A stretch of 64,000 nucleotides of DNA from Bacteroidia bacterium (GCA_965279035.1 OZ257142.1:1600001-1664000); one strand, 5' to 3'. Positions 20,206 through 30,488 are shown, numbered from the stretch's first letter. Numbers and translations: made by a program. The notes: generated by a model from the letters alone, not told the origin.

Positions 20206-21372
20206 ATGAAGATCACATTATTTGCTCAGATATTCCAAAAAATTAAGCGAGATTCTTTCAATAAACTAGTAGAAAAGTTTGAGTCCAATAAACATTGTAA
20301 AGGCAATGATGCTTGGTCTCACTTTGTGACAATGGTTTTTTGCCAGTTTTCCAAGTCTAATAGCTTAAATGACGTTTGCAATGGAATGCGATCAGCAACA
20401 GGCGATTTAAATCATCTGGGAGTGTCAAAAGCCATGAGGCGATCATCGTTGGCATATAATAACCAACATCGCAACTGGGAGCTGTTTCAAGCGATGTATT
20501 TTAACTTGTATGAGCAGTTTGAATCAACCTTAAAAACAAGCCGAAAGCTGCTTCCCAAACGTAAAATCTATCTGCTCGATTCAACCACGATTGACCTTTG
20601 TCTTAAAGTGTTCGACTGGGCACTATTTCGAAAGAAGAAGGGAGCTATAAAACTTCACACAGTCCTTGACTTTGACGGCTGTATGCCCGTTTTTGCTGAT
20701 TTGAGTGATGGCAAAAAGCACGATGTAAATGCAGCACATGATATTGAATTTCCCACAGGAAGCATTGTTGTAGCTGATAGAGGATATGTCGATTTTAACT
20801 GGATGAGAAAATTAGATGAACAAGGAGTATTCTTTGTTATTCGAGGAAAAGAAAACATTCAGTTTGAACTTTATGAGCGAACTAAGAGCCCAACCGATGA
20901 AGCAAATCCAGACTTGCAATACGACTGGAAAGGCTTTTTGAGTTTACCTCAATCAAAAGAAAAATACCCGCAAAAGCTCCGAATGGTTCAGATCTGGGAT
21001 GAAGAACAACAGATATATCTTGAACTTCTTACAAACAATTTTTCTTGGACAGCATCGACCATTTCAGAACTATATAAACGTAGATGGAGCATCGAATCGT
21101 TCTTCAAGGAGATCAAAACACACCTGAAAATCAAGTCTTTCATAGGAACCAGCATGAATGCTGTTCTGATACAGATTTGGACAGCACTAATCACCATACT
21201 GCTTTTAAAGACACTTCAAAAGGAAGCAAAACACTCTTGGCACCTCTCAAATTTGGTGTCCTTTATTCGATTAAATCTCTTTGTGAAAATTGACCTCAAA
21301 AAATGGCTTGATAAACCCTTTTTAGATGATGACGAAATTGATAAACTGGAATTACAAATGTCCCTTTTTTAA
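20206..21372 (+). CDS. IS4-family DDE transposase (DUF4372-type N-terminus)
   Basis: LDSTTIDL, KLH, ADRGY, YKRRWSIESFFK (YREK motif). Confidence 0.95.
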   Translation: MKITLFAQIFQKIKRDSFNKLVEKFESNKHCKGNDAWSHFVTMVFCQFSKSNSLNDVCNGMRSATGDLNHLGVSKAMRRSSLAYNNQHRNWELFQAMYFNLYEQFESTLKTSRKLLPKRKIYLLDSTTIDLCLKVFDWALFRKKKGAIKLHTVLDFDGCMPVFADLSDGKKHDVNAAHDIEFPTGSIVVADRGYVDFNWMRKLDEQGVFFVIRGKENIQFELYERTKSPTDEANPDLQYDWKGFLSLPQSKEKYPQKLRMVQIWDEEQQIYLELLTNNFSWTASTISELYKRRWSIESFFKEIKTHLKIKSFIGTSMNAVLIQIWTALITILLLKTLQKEAKHSWHLSNLVSFIRLNLFVKIDLKKWLDKPFLDDDEIDKLELQMSLF

Positions 21373-21763
21373 ATTATAGAGGGTTTAATTTTCAAAAGAG
21401 CGTTCTTTGATGAGTAATCTCGCATCAAATCAGGATTGTATTTTCGTTATACAAACGTCTTGGACGGGTGTGTAAAATTATGATTAATTTTCAAATTTGG
21501 ATTGTTTAGATCAACTTATAAGCAACTTACATGAATGGCATCAAAATAAAATCAGAACATTAAGAATAAAATTGACTGGTGGATGTACTCAATTCCAGTA
21601 CTATTCATTCTTACCATTATTTTATACCTAATTGTCTAATCAAGGCTAAACAACTTGGGTATTTTTCAAGGATATGTCATATCTATTTTCTTATTATATT
21701 CGACTAAACAAATTGTCTCTTTTATTTTCCAAAACTCATTTGCTCACTTATAAAATACTAATA

Positions 21764-22732
21764 ATGAAAAAACTAATAACACTATTTCTACTTTTTATTT
21801 GTGGAATTAGTAAAGGACAAAATCTAATTCCAAATCCGAGTTTTGAAGATACTGCAAATGTATCTTGTGGTATTTTTCTTGTAAACGATTTTAATTCTTC
21901 TATTAATTATTGGAATAATCCCACGCAAGGTACTCCAGACATTTATACAACAAATGTTGATCCTTCTTGTTGGAATTATCAGCCAAATAGCACTTATGGT
22001 GGTCCCATAGGTTTAAAAGGAACACAACTTCCACGAACAGGAGATGTATTTGCTGGATTTGGTTGTTATACTATTCATAATTTAAATCAAAGAGAATATA
22101 TTCAATCTCCTTTGGTTAGTCCATAAATTTCAGGTAATTCTTATTATGTTGAATTTTATGTTTCTTTAGCCGATAATGTGGAAAAGTATACCGATAAATT
22201 GGGTGCTTATTTTTCAGAAACACCAATAACTTCAATTAATGACCAACCTTTGGAATATATTCCTCAAATAACAGCTACTTCATTTGTTTTAGAAACTTCC
22301 CAATGGGTAAAAATTTCGGGTGTCATTCAAGCAACTTCAGCATTTAACTATATAACTATTGGAAATTTTTATGATGACGCCAATACATCAACTATGGATA
22401 ATCCAGGGAGTAGTGGTGCGCCTGGTTGCTATGGCTCATATTATTATATTGATGATATCTCAGTTTCTGATGTAACTGGTTTCAATGAACTAGATAATCT
22501 TCTTGTTGCTACACTTTACCCAAATCCTTTTGCAAACAGATTGACAATTACCATAAGTAATAATATACCAAGTGTTATTATTATTTACGATCTTTCTTCT
22601 AGAATACTTTTACAACAATCATTTACAGAATCAACAACAATAAATACAGATCATTTAGCAAATGGAATTTATTTATTCGAAATTCAAAATATAAATGGAA
22701 TTATTAAGATTGGAAAGATAATTAAGGAATGA
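21764..22732 (+). pseudogene. T9SS type A cargo protein interrupted by one in-frame TAA at 22124-22126
   Basis: Track ORFs 21674-22126 and 22178-22732 are in the same frame; the linker reads P*ISGNSYYVEFYVSLAD; signal peptide MKKLITLF from 21764; CTD LYPNPF..NGIYLF..KIIKE; related to 42361-43419. Confidence 0.85.
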
Positions 22733-23047
22733 TGAAAGCACTAGAAATAAATGATAAAATCCAATAAATCTTTAGAATCAAAACAGGCAATTCAATTTGT
22801 CTTACTTTGAAAATTCTATATTCCAATCATCAATTCTGAATCATCTCATTCCGTTTATTGATTCTTTTATAACAGCTGAATATAATCAAGATATCCTTTC
22901 AATTCCTTGAAATCAGTTCATTGATTCCAATTTTTAATATTTACACGTTTCAATCCTTTTAGATAGTTTGAACATTTGTTTACGCGCATAATCAAGTAAT
23001 TAATGCTAACTATGAAATATTCACAAATAGCTTTTGAACTTTTAATT

Positions 23048-23055
23048 TATATTTG
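23048..23055 (+). promoter_or_regulatory. Bacteroidota -7 promoter box
   Basis: TATATTTG 20 bp upstream of the VOC gene ATG. Confidence 0.6.
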
Positions 23056-23075
23056 AAACCCCAATACTAAATAAA

Positions 23076-23486
23076 ATGACAAAACAAATATTTATCAATT
23101 TTGCAGTTAAAGACCTAAAAAAATCGATGGATTTCTATACTGCTATAGGTTTTACTAACAATCCTCAATTTTCGGATGACTCAGGAAAGTGTATGGTGTG
23201 GAGTGAAAACATTTTTGTGATGATTATGACACACGAAAAGTTTGCTGGATTTGCAACCAAACCTATTGCAGACACAAAAGCTGGATTAGCAGGACTATTT
23301 TCATTATCGGTTGAAAGTGTTGACGAAGTGAACAAAATTGTAAATGATGGATTGAAAGCAGGTGGTATTGAACCAACCGAAATGAAAGATTATGGTTTTA
23401 TGCAACAACGTACCATAGAAGATTTAGACGGACATACATGGGAAATATTTTACATGGACATGACTAAATTCCCTACTCAACAATAA
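23076..23486 (+). CDS. VOC/glyoxalase family protein
   Basis: IFINFAVKDL..SMDFY..GFTNNPQFSD, DYGFM, DLDGHTWE. Confidence 0.9.
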   Translation: MTKQIFINFAVKDLKKSMDFYTAIGFTNNPQFSDDSGKCMVWSENIFVMIMTHEKFAGFATKPIADTKAGLAGLFSLSVESVDEVNKIVNDGLKAGGIEPTEMKDYGFMQQRTIEDLDGHTWEIFYMDMTKFPTQQ

Positions 23487-23510
23487 AATAAACAAACTGA
23501 ATAAATTCAC

Positions 23511-23933
23511 ATGGCACTTATTAATATTCACATCAACTTCAATGGAAATGCCGAAGAAGCATTCACATTTTACAAATCAGTATTTGGTGGTGAATTTTCA
23601 AAAATTATACGCTTCAAAGACCTTGCAGGCCCTGAATTTCCAGTAGCAGAAAGTGAAGCAAATAAAATCATGCACATTGCTTTACCTATTGGAAAAAACG
23701 TTTTAATGGCGAATGATGTTCCTGAGATTATGGGAAGAACAAACGAAAATGAACATCGAAGTAAAATTTCAGTAAGTGCAGAAAGTAAAGAAGAAGCCGA
23801 TATATTATTTAATGGACTTTCGGCAGGTGGGCAAATAGAAATGCCTATGGAGGACAGTCCCTGGGGTACATATTTCGGAATGTTTAGAGACAAATATGGA
23901 ATTGAATGGATGATTGAATTTAGTTCAATCTAG
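23511..23933 (+). CDS. VOC family protein, PhnB-like
   Basis: FNGNAEEAFTFYKSVFGG, KIMH, PWG..FGMFRDKYGIEW. Confidence 0.9.
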   Translation: MALINIHINFNGNAEEAFTFYKSVFGGEFSKIIRFKDLAGPEFPVAESEANKIMHIALPIGKNVLMANDVPEIMGRTNENEHRSKISVSAESKEEADILFNGLSAGGQIEMPMEDSPWGTYFGMFRDKYGIEWMIEFSSI

Positions 23934-24118
23934 TTAGGGCAATTTTAACAGAACTATAATTTTGAACTTATGTAAGCTCAACTAAAGCTTGTTTTCTGTT
24001 GTTGATAATGAATCAATTTTTTTTGATACAGCAATTCAATTAGTCATCATACAAAAAAAATAATTCATCAAATTTGTATGCATCGTCGATTTAATTATTT
24101 GACGATTTCATTAAAAAA

Positions 24119-24685
24119 ATGGAACGACACGAATACTTTAATTTATTTTATCCGATTAGCGTAGCTGATTATGATTTATTGACCAAGAATCTGAAAACAA
24201 AAACTTTTAAGAAAGGTGAATTCATAACGGTTCCAGGACAAATCCAACATGAACTTTATTTTGTGAAAAGTGGTGTTCAAATGTCATTTTTTGATTCAGA
24301 CAAAAAAACGCATGTGATTGCTTTTACCTATTCACCTAACCTATGTGCAATTCCTGAATCATTTTCATTTCAAACACCTTCCAAGTATTTTTTGACCTGT
24401 CTTACCGATAGTGAATTGGAATACATCACGTTTGAGGAACTTCAAAAACTATTTGACCAATCGCAGCAAATTGAGCGACTATTCAGACGAATGACAGAAG
24501 CAGTTTTAGCTGGTATGATTAATCGACATAGTGAGTTACACTCACAGAGTATTGAAGAACGATATAAAGCTTTTTGCCAAAGAAGCCCGCATTTACTTCA
24601 ACTTGTGCCACACAAATACATAGCATCCTATTTAGGAATTGACCCAACAAACTTTAGTAAACTTTTTAATACCATTCAATTTTAA
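24119..24685 (+). CDS. Crp/Fnr family transcriptional regulator
   Basis: cNMP-binding-like LYFVKSG, EERY, HKYIASYLGI HTH. Confidence 0.9.
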   Translation: MERHEYFNLFYPISVADYDLLTKNLKTKTFKKGEFITVPGQIQHELYFVKSGVQMSFFDSDKKTHVIAFTYSPNLCAIPESFSFQTPSKYFLTCLTDSELEYITFEELQKLFDQSQQIERLFRRMTEAVLAGMINRHSELHSQSIEERYKAFCQRSPHLLQLVPHKYIASYLGIDPTNFSKLFNTIQF

Positions 24686-24760
24686 TATTGGTATAAACCA
24701 AGTTTTATATTCTTCACCCTTCCGAGCTTTGCCTTAATTATTGAATTAAATAATATCATT

Positions 24761-25636
24761 ATGGCAAATCGCTGGCTCGATAAATCAGAGTATCCTTTTA
24801 CTTCTATGTATTTTGATATCAATGGGAATAAATTGCATTACATTGATGAGGGGAAAGGAGAAGTACTTTTGTTTGTTCACGGAACACCGTCTTGGAGCTT
24901 TGATTATCGTAACGTAATTAAAACGCTAAAAGATAATTATAGATGTATTGCTATTGACCATATTGGTTTTGGACTTTCTGATAAGCCCGAACAGTACGAT
25001 TATTCGACACAAAATCACAGCAAAACACTTGAAAAATTTGTACTTGAGAAACAGTTGAATAACATTACACTTATTGTTCACGATTTTGGTGGTCCTATCG
25101 GATTAAATTTTGCCATTCAACATCCCGAGAAAATTAGAAACATGATCATATTAAACTCTTGGCTTTGGAGCAGTAAAAATGATCCTGATTTTATCAAGTT
25201 AAGCAAGATATTGAAAAGCCCAATTCTGCCATTTCTTTATCGATATCTCAATTTTTCTCCTAAATTTATTTTACCTAAATCGTTTGGTGATCATAAACTA
25301 TCTAAAAATCTATTAACACAATACACCAAACCATTTGCTAATAAAACTCAACGTAATGGAGCTTTAGCATTTGCTAAGTCTTTACTAAATGATCAAGAGT
25401 GGTTTGAAGAACTTTGGAATAAACGACAAATAATTTCAGAAAAACCAACTTTATTTATTTGGGGAATGAAGGATGCCGTTATTAAACCACATCATCTAGC
25501 AAAGTTTCAAAGTGGATTTACTAACTCTACCTCACTAAAACTCGATACTAGCGGACATTTTCCTCAGGAAGAACAACCTGAAAAAGTGATAAAAACTATT
25601 TTGAATTTCTTAGATTTAAAATATCCTCTAAAGTAA
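24761..25636 (+). CDS. Alpha/beta hydrolase, haloalkane dehalogenase-like
   Basis: YPF, LHYIDEG, HGTPSWS, GFGLSDKP, VHDFGG (Asp nucleophile), WGMKD, GHFPQEE. Confidence 0.85.
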   Translation: MANRWLDKSEYPFTSMYFDINGNKLHYIDEGKGEVLLFVHGTPSWSFDYRNVIKTLKDNYRCIAIDHIGFGLSDKPEQYDYSTQNHSKTLEKFVLEKQLNNITLIVHDFGGPIGLNFAIQHPEKIRNMIILNSWLWSSKNDPDFIKLSKILKSPILPFLYRYLNFSPKFILPKSFGDHKLSKNLLTQYTKPFANKTQRNGALAFAKSLLNDQEWFEELWNKRQIISEKPTLFIWGMKDAVIKPHHLAKFQSGFTNSTSLKLDTSGHFPQEEQPEKVIKTILNFLDLKYPLK

Positions 25637-26642
25637 TTCCTCCTTGAATAAAGATTTTCATTTTATAGTCACTGTTTAATTTATCCAAGAGCCTAGCCAT
25701 GTTGAATCCTGTAGCATAAAAGTAGGTTGTTTTAGTTGTTTGATATAACCAAGGATCATTTTCAATTCGATAATTTTGATATTGTTTAAATGCATGAAAC
25801 GAAGTATCCGATTGCTGTAATTTTTCTTCTCCATGCAGTTGAGAAAATTTAGTATAAAGACTATACTCTACATAACGCGCTGTTCCTTCCATCGTTTCAT
25901 AACACGATTCGTACTTTGCGATATCAAAAAGCAGATTTTTCTTTGTCAATGCTCTGCGTTCTTCTCTTAATGCAAAGAATTTAGTAATGATTAAATTGGT
26001 TTTTATACGATCAGTTTCATTGATTGCTTGAAGTAATAAATCGTTTTCTTGATCTATGCTTTCTTTAAACCAGGGATTATTTTTATAGATTGAGATTAAA
26101 CTGTCAGGCTGAATTTGAACTATGTTTTTTTCGTAAAAATCAATATATGCTGGATGTTTATATTGAAATCCATGGAAATATTCATGTATAATCATCGTGG
26201 TCCATTGTTCGGTTGATTTTACTACTGGAATTGCTTTTTTAGTCAACTCAAAACTACTGCATTTCATAAAAGGTGAATGGTAATCATATTCATCTGTAGT
26301 ATCACCTAAACTCATTCCTGTTTCCATGTGGAATGGAATACTGTCGAGTAATTTCCCCGTTTTATAGATGCTTAAATTTCCGTTTTCATAAACCAAATTG
26401 GGATGAAAAATCGATTTGAATTTTTCTGTTGGATTGGCTATATAGGATGTTGAATCTGTATAATAAATGAGTGGAACATCGAACTCTTTTTGATTGAACG
26501 TTTTCCAAACATCCTGATTTATTCTTTCTTTTAATTGATATACAAATTCAATTCTATCAATGATTTTCTGATCAACCTTTGATTTATTTTCACTACAAGA
26601 AAATACTATGAATGAGAATACAATCAACAGGATATTTTTCAT
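25596..26642 (-). CDS. Lipoprotein with gluzincin-like HExxH metallopeptidase motif
   Basis: Lipobox VFSC; IIHEYFHGFQ and downstream MEGTARYVE. Confidence 0.65.
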   Translation of the reverse strand: MKNILLIVFSFIVFSCSENKSKVDQKIIDRIEFVYQLKERINQDVWKTFNQKEFDVPLIYYTDSTSYIANPTEKFKSIFHPNLVYENGNLSIYKTGKLLDSIPFHMETGMSLGDTTDEYDYHSPFMKCSSFELTKKAIPVVKSTEQWTTMIIHEYFHGFQYKHPAYIDFYEKNIVQIQPDSLISIYKNNPWFKESIDQENDLLLQAINETDRIKTNLIITKFFALREERRALTKKNLLFDIAKYESCYETMEGTARYVEYSLYTKFSQLHGEEKLQQSDTSFHAFKQYQNYRIENDPWLYQTTKTTYFYATGFNMARLLDKLNSDYKMKIFIQGGITLEDILNLRNSK

Positions 26643-26746
26643 TTAATTTAAAATAAAGAATGATATAAAACAATTCACATTCATAGATACTTAATTCATT
26701 TTATTATGTGGTTTGTAATTTATTTCTCAATTTAAAAACCCACTTA

Positions 26747-27094
26747 TCATTTCTTCTTTGCGATGTATTCATCATTCCGACTTAATAATCGCCACCATTC
26801 CGAATCATCCTCACGATAAGTTCGAATTGCACCGGCTCTAACGAGTATCTTCCGTAATTCATCATCCTCAAATCCACCCAAATGTTTCTTTAAGGTTTCG
26901 AATGAACGATCGGTGAAATTTTTATGACTCAGAAAATGCAATGCCGTTTGTTCCGCTTGAAACTCCGTTCTATTTTCTTCCCGAACACGTAATAACTCAT
27001 TTTTCAATTGTGCTTTTTGGGTGAAATAGGTGATCAATCCACCGACAATCGTACCTAAAAGTCCTGCTGATGCTGCAATAATCGTTTCAATCAT
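26747..27094 (-). CDS. Hypothetical protein with N-terminal TM helix
   Basis: Hydrophobic N-terminus followed by a soluble domain (RSFETLKKHLGGFEDDELRKILVRAGA). Confidence 0.7.
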   Translation of the reverse strand: MIETIIAASAGLLGTIVGGLITYFTQKAQLKNELLRVREENRTEFQAEQTALHFLSHKNFTDRSFETLKKHLGGFEDDELRKILVRAGAIRTYREDDSEWWRLLSRNDEYIAKKK

Positions 27095-27133
27095 TTTGTT
27101 GTTTCTGCTTTGATGATTGGTTGAAAATTCAAT

Positions 27134-27751
27134 TTAATGCACCCATTGTGATGTTTCAGAAACATTCCAAATGCCTTTTTCTTGGGTGAATAATACCGTT
27201 GAGCCTGTTCCGCAGAGGCCTGGACAAAGATCACGAATCATCAGTATTACTTTCTTTTTATCTCTCGAAAATAAAGGAACTGAGAAACTATACCAGTTTT
27301 TTGAATTCCCTAAATTAAATCCCAAACGCGCATTGTCCCAGTTGAAATTCTTTAATTTTTCTTTTTGAAAAAGCATGTCCTTGATATCATTTTGTGATAA
27401 ACACTTTTTCAATTCCATCGAATAAATTGTAATCAATCCATTCTCTTTTTCTTTCTTTTCTTCTTCCTCAATAAGCAAGGTTTTTAAAAAGGAGGAATCA
27501 TCTTGTGAAAGATCACATCGTGTTTCTGGTTCGAGCGAAAGTCCATAGTTTAAATTAAGATGCTTCAACAAAATAACGCGCTGCATAAAATCATAAATAG
27601 CTTGATTGGATGTGTCTATTTGTTGAACATGTTGGATTGAATTCAATGGCACAGAATCTTTTGTTTCCGCTAATTGAACATCATTCTTATGCTCTGAATG
27701 TTTACACGCAGAAAATAGAATTAGAATGAGATATACTGCAGGTTTTATCAT
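27134..27751 (-). CDS. Hypothetical lipoprotein
   Basis: Lipobox FSAC; C-terminal SVPLFS..CPGLCG motif; ATGA overlap with the upstream gene. Confidence 0.65.
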   Translation of the reverse strand: MIKPAVYLILILFSACKHSEHKNDVQLAETKDSVPLNSIQHVQQIDTSNQAIYDFMQRVILLKHLNLNYGLSLEPETRCDLSQDDSSFLKTLLIEEEEKKEKENGLITIYSMELKKCLSQNDIKDMLFQKEKLKNFNWDNARLGFNLGNSKNWYSFSVPLFSRDKKKVILMIRDLCPGLCGTGSTVLFTQEKGIWNVSETSQWVH

Positions 27752-29319
27752 TCCTCAGGTAAAGAATACCACTTCCTATAAAAACGATGGAGTAGGGTAG
27801 GAATCAATACAAGGAATAGTGCAAACCCAATAATTTCAGAAAGGAAAATGGCATGAGTCATCGCATCATAATCGAAAGGAGGAGAGTAGTTTGTTTGAGT
27901 TCGGTAATACTCTTCTTTCAACCCTTCATAATACATGGCTGTAATGATTATCGGAAGGAAATATATCATCCATGAAAATAAATTGATCGAAATTCCTGTG
28001 ATGATATTCCGCGTTTTATTTTGAAAAACTGAAAATGAAAGCACAGTGAAGACAAGTAAATAGAAAAAATAACAGCCATTAAGCGAATTACCATCACCCG
28101 ATGAAAATGCCATGATTAAACCTGTTAATACTGACAATAAAACGCTAGTCAATAAGCTCAAGAAAAATGCTTTTGGAGTTGAATGTCGGAAATTAAATAC
28201 GAGCAATACAATCACAAACGTGATATAAAACCAAACTCGAATTTGCCATTCTAAATCACTTTCATTAAAAATATGTTTTCGTTCATGTATATTCTCAAGA
28301 GACTCAGAAATATTAGAGGTTTTAAACCGATTTTGAATTCCATTCATTCCATAATAATTCCCATAATCATTTCCATAATAATTACTGTAATCATAATGCC
28401 TAGAATAAAAATATTTATCGGAAAGTTTCGACATTTCTTCCTTTAAAGGTCCTTCATCCGGTTTTTTATAATTTCGAATGACGAGGTTATATAAATCTTC
28501 CGATTGAAGAATGGGAATGCTCGAATAACTGGCAAGCCCTGGATCATTGATGAAAATATAACTCGGGCATTCGCTAAAATAATAGGTACTATCGTTGATC
28601 TGCACCAAACTATCCATCGACATTTTCTTGATTCTAAATTCAGAAGTATCAATTAAGCGATGCAATGGTGTATAATAGTAAACCCTGGAATTCTCCGATG
28701 AACTTGAAACAGTAGTATCAACTACCGGTGCTTCTTCAGAAACAGCACTTGGTTCCGTATATTCACCGATCACAGTATTTCCATTGTATCTTCCAATGGT
28801 TGAATTCAAAACAATTACCGTATCATTGGTCCATGAATGTGGTAATGAATCGTACGAAAGGGTACAAATCAATTCATTCATTCGGTTTAAATCCGTGGCT
28901 AATTCATCATCCGAATAAGCCATATTCGCTCTCCAACTCACAACAATGGAAGGCACATACGTGGTAGAAACAATGGTTCCTACGGCAATAAAATAGAGAA
29001 ACCAAGTCTTCAAGCGATTGAGTGCACTCGTTTGTCCAAATCGTTTAAAAACGTTGAATCGAAGAAGGAAAATCACCCACAATACAAGCCCAACAATTGC
29101 AATTAAACTCACAAAAACAACCCAAAGTGAAACATCGGAATCGCTTTTCGGTTCGTCGGGAACAATGAAACTAAAAAAGGCAGAAACTACCATAAACAGC
29201 ATTCCGAAATAGACAACCAAATGGGCTCTAGCTGACCATATTTCGGGAGAATGTTTAAGTAGATAATCGTCAAAACGATTGAGAAAGGAAGGGACAAAAG
29301 GTCGTTTACGCTGGTTCAT
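27748..29319 (-). CDS. Multi-pass membrane protein with large extracytoplasmic loop (probable partner of the ABC ATPase)
   Basis: About 3 N-terminal and 5 C-terminal hydrophobic segments; 23 bp downstream of the ABC ATPase. Confidence 0.7.
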   Translation of the reverse strand: MNQRKRPFVPSFLNRFDDYLLKHSPEIWSARAHLVVYFGMLFMVVSAFFSFIVPDEPKSDSDVSLWVVFVSLIAIVGLVLWVIFLLRFNVFKRFGQTSALNRLKTWFLYFIAVGTIVSTTYVPSIVVSWRANMAYSDDELATDLNRMNELICTLSYDSLPHSWTNDTVIVLNSTIGRYNGNTVIGEYTEPSAVSEEAPVVDTTVSSSSENSRVYYYTPLHRLIDTSEFRIKKMSMDSLVQINDSTYYFSECPSYIFINDPGLASYSSIPILQSEDLYNLVIRNYKKPDEGPLKEEMSKLSDKYFYSRHYDYSNYYGNDYGNYYGMNGIQNRFKTSNISESLENIHERKHIFNESDLEWQIRVWFYITFVIVLLVFNFRHSTPKAFFLSLLTSVLLSVLTGLIMAFSSGDGNSLNGCYFFYLLVFTVLSFSVFQNKTRNIITGISINLFSWMIYFLPIIITAMYYEGLKEEYYRTQTNYSPPFDYDAMTHAIFLSEIIGFALFLVLIPTLLHRFYRKWYSLPEE

Positions 29320-29342
29320 TACAGGTAATTTACTGAATGCGT

Positions 29343-30488
29343 TTAAAAATATCGTTTGGTAGAATGGGTGATATCTCGGAAATAGCTCAAAGGAATATTC
29401 CCATTTAACAAGGTTTTTAGAATTTTCTCCGTCGATTCATCATTACTCATCAAGGTGTAAAATCCTCCATTAAAATGAATATCCACTTTCAATTTCTCCA
29501 AAGCAGAATTCAATTCTTCGCGCGAAGCGACAGTTTCAATTTCCAAAGCAAATCCTATCGCAGGTGCTTCATTTTCGCCTGTTCTAAATAAACACTGACC
29601 TTGTTTTATGAGTAAAACAGTATCAGCAATTTTCTCCACTTCGTGCAATTGTTGGGAGCTTAAAACAATTCCCATGGGGTGATAAACCGATTTCGCCATG
29701 TGACGTAAATCGGTCAATATTGTTTGCTGTGCGTTGATATCGAGATTTGCCAATGGTTCATCCAGAATGAGCAAACTAGGTTTTTGTAATAGGATGCGTG
29801 CAATTTCGAATCGGGTACGATAGCCACTGCTGATGCTATTCCATGTTAGATGTGCATATTCGGATAGATTTAAACGCTCCAACATAAAATCGACCATCAA
29901 CTCATTTTGTCTTCCCGTAATTCCCGAAAGCGAAGCAGAGAAATGCAAATTATCGCGCAGTTTCCCATACCAGCGAGGAATGCGTTGGGGAATAAATGCT
30001 ACATGATGCTTGATATCGTATTCGTCGGGATGATTGAGTTGTGAAAATTCAATCGATCCATCATCCAAAGCTAATTGACCAGCTAAACAACGAAGCAAGG
30101 TGGTTTTCCCATTCCCATTTTCACCAACAACACCCAAAACATCGCTGGTTCTAACTTTCAAGGAAATTGGGTGCAAACTGAAATTACTGCCCGAATACCG
30201 CTTGCTTACTTTTATTGCTTCAACCAGCAATTGTGGTGTTTGACGCGTATTTCCATGCTGTTCATTTAAGTCGTTTAATAATTCATACGCCTTAGATTGA
30301 AAACTTTCGGGAACACCATCGTTCTTAAAATTCTTTTGAAACGTATGGAATTCGCGGCTCCATTCAATCGATTTAACTAAGAGATTTTCATTCCCAGTAT
30401 CGAGGCAGAGATCGAGCATTCTTCTTACTGCCAGTGAATTATCGTTGTGATTGATGTAGGATTTTATTTCCTCTATCCTCTGTTGCAT
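29343..30488 (-). CDS. ABC ATPase with N-terminal helical extension and atypical motifs
   Basis: Walker A GENGNGKT, signature ISSGY, Walker B LILDEP, switch SSQQL; probable start MQQRIEE at 30488. Confidence 0.85.
   Translation of the reverse strand: MQQRIEEIKSYINHNDNSLAVRRMLDLCLDTGNENLLVKSIEWSREFHTFQKNFKNDGVPESFQSKAYELLNDLNEQHGNTRQTPQLLVEAIKVSKRYSGSNFSLHPISLKVRTSDVLGVVGENGNGKTTLLRCLAGQLALDDGSIEFSQLNHPDEYDIKHHVAFIPQRIPRWYGKLRDNLHFSASLSGITGRQNELMVDFMLERLNLSEYAHLTWNSISSGYRTRFEIARILLQKPSLLILDEPLANLDINAQQTILTDLRHMAKSVYHPMGIVLSSQQLHEVEKIADTVLLIKQGQCLFRTGENEAPAIGFALEIETVASREELNSALEKLKVDIHFNGGFYTLMSNDESTEKILKTLLNGNIPLSYFRDITHSTKRYF

Larger units (their letters stand above)
20102..21472 (+). mobile_element. 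Complete IS4-family insertion sequence
   Basis: 20-bp perfect TIR CACACCCGTCCAAGACGTTT / AAACGTCTTGGACGGGTGTG; 9-bp target duplication TAAAATTAT at 20093-20101 and 21473-21481. Confidence 0.95.

Noticed and set aside
22124-22126. Stop-codon reassignment or programmed TAA readthrough
   Set aside because: Many normal genes here (amn, holA, sucD) end in TAA; a point nonsense change is simpler.
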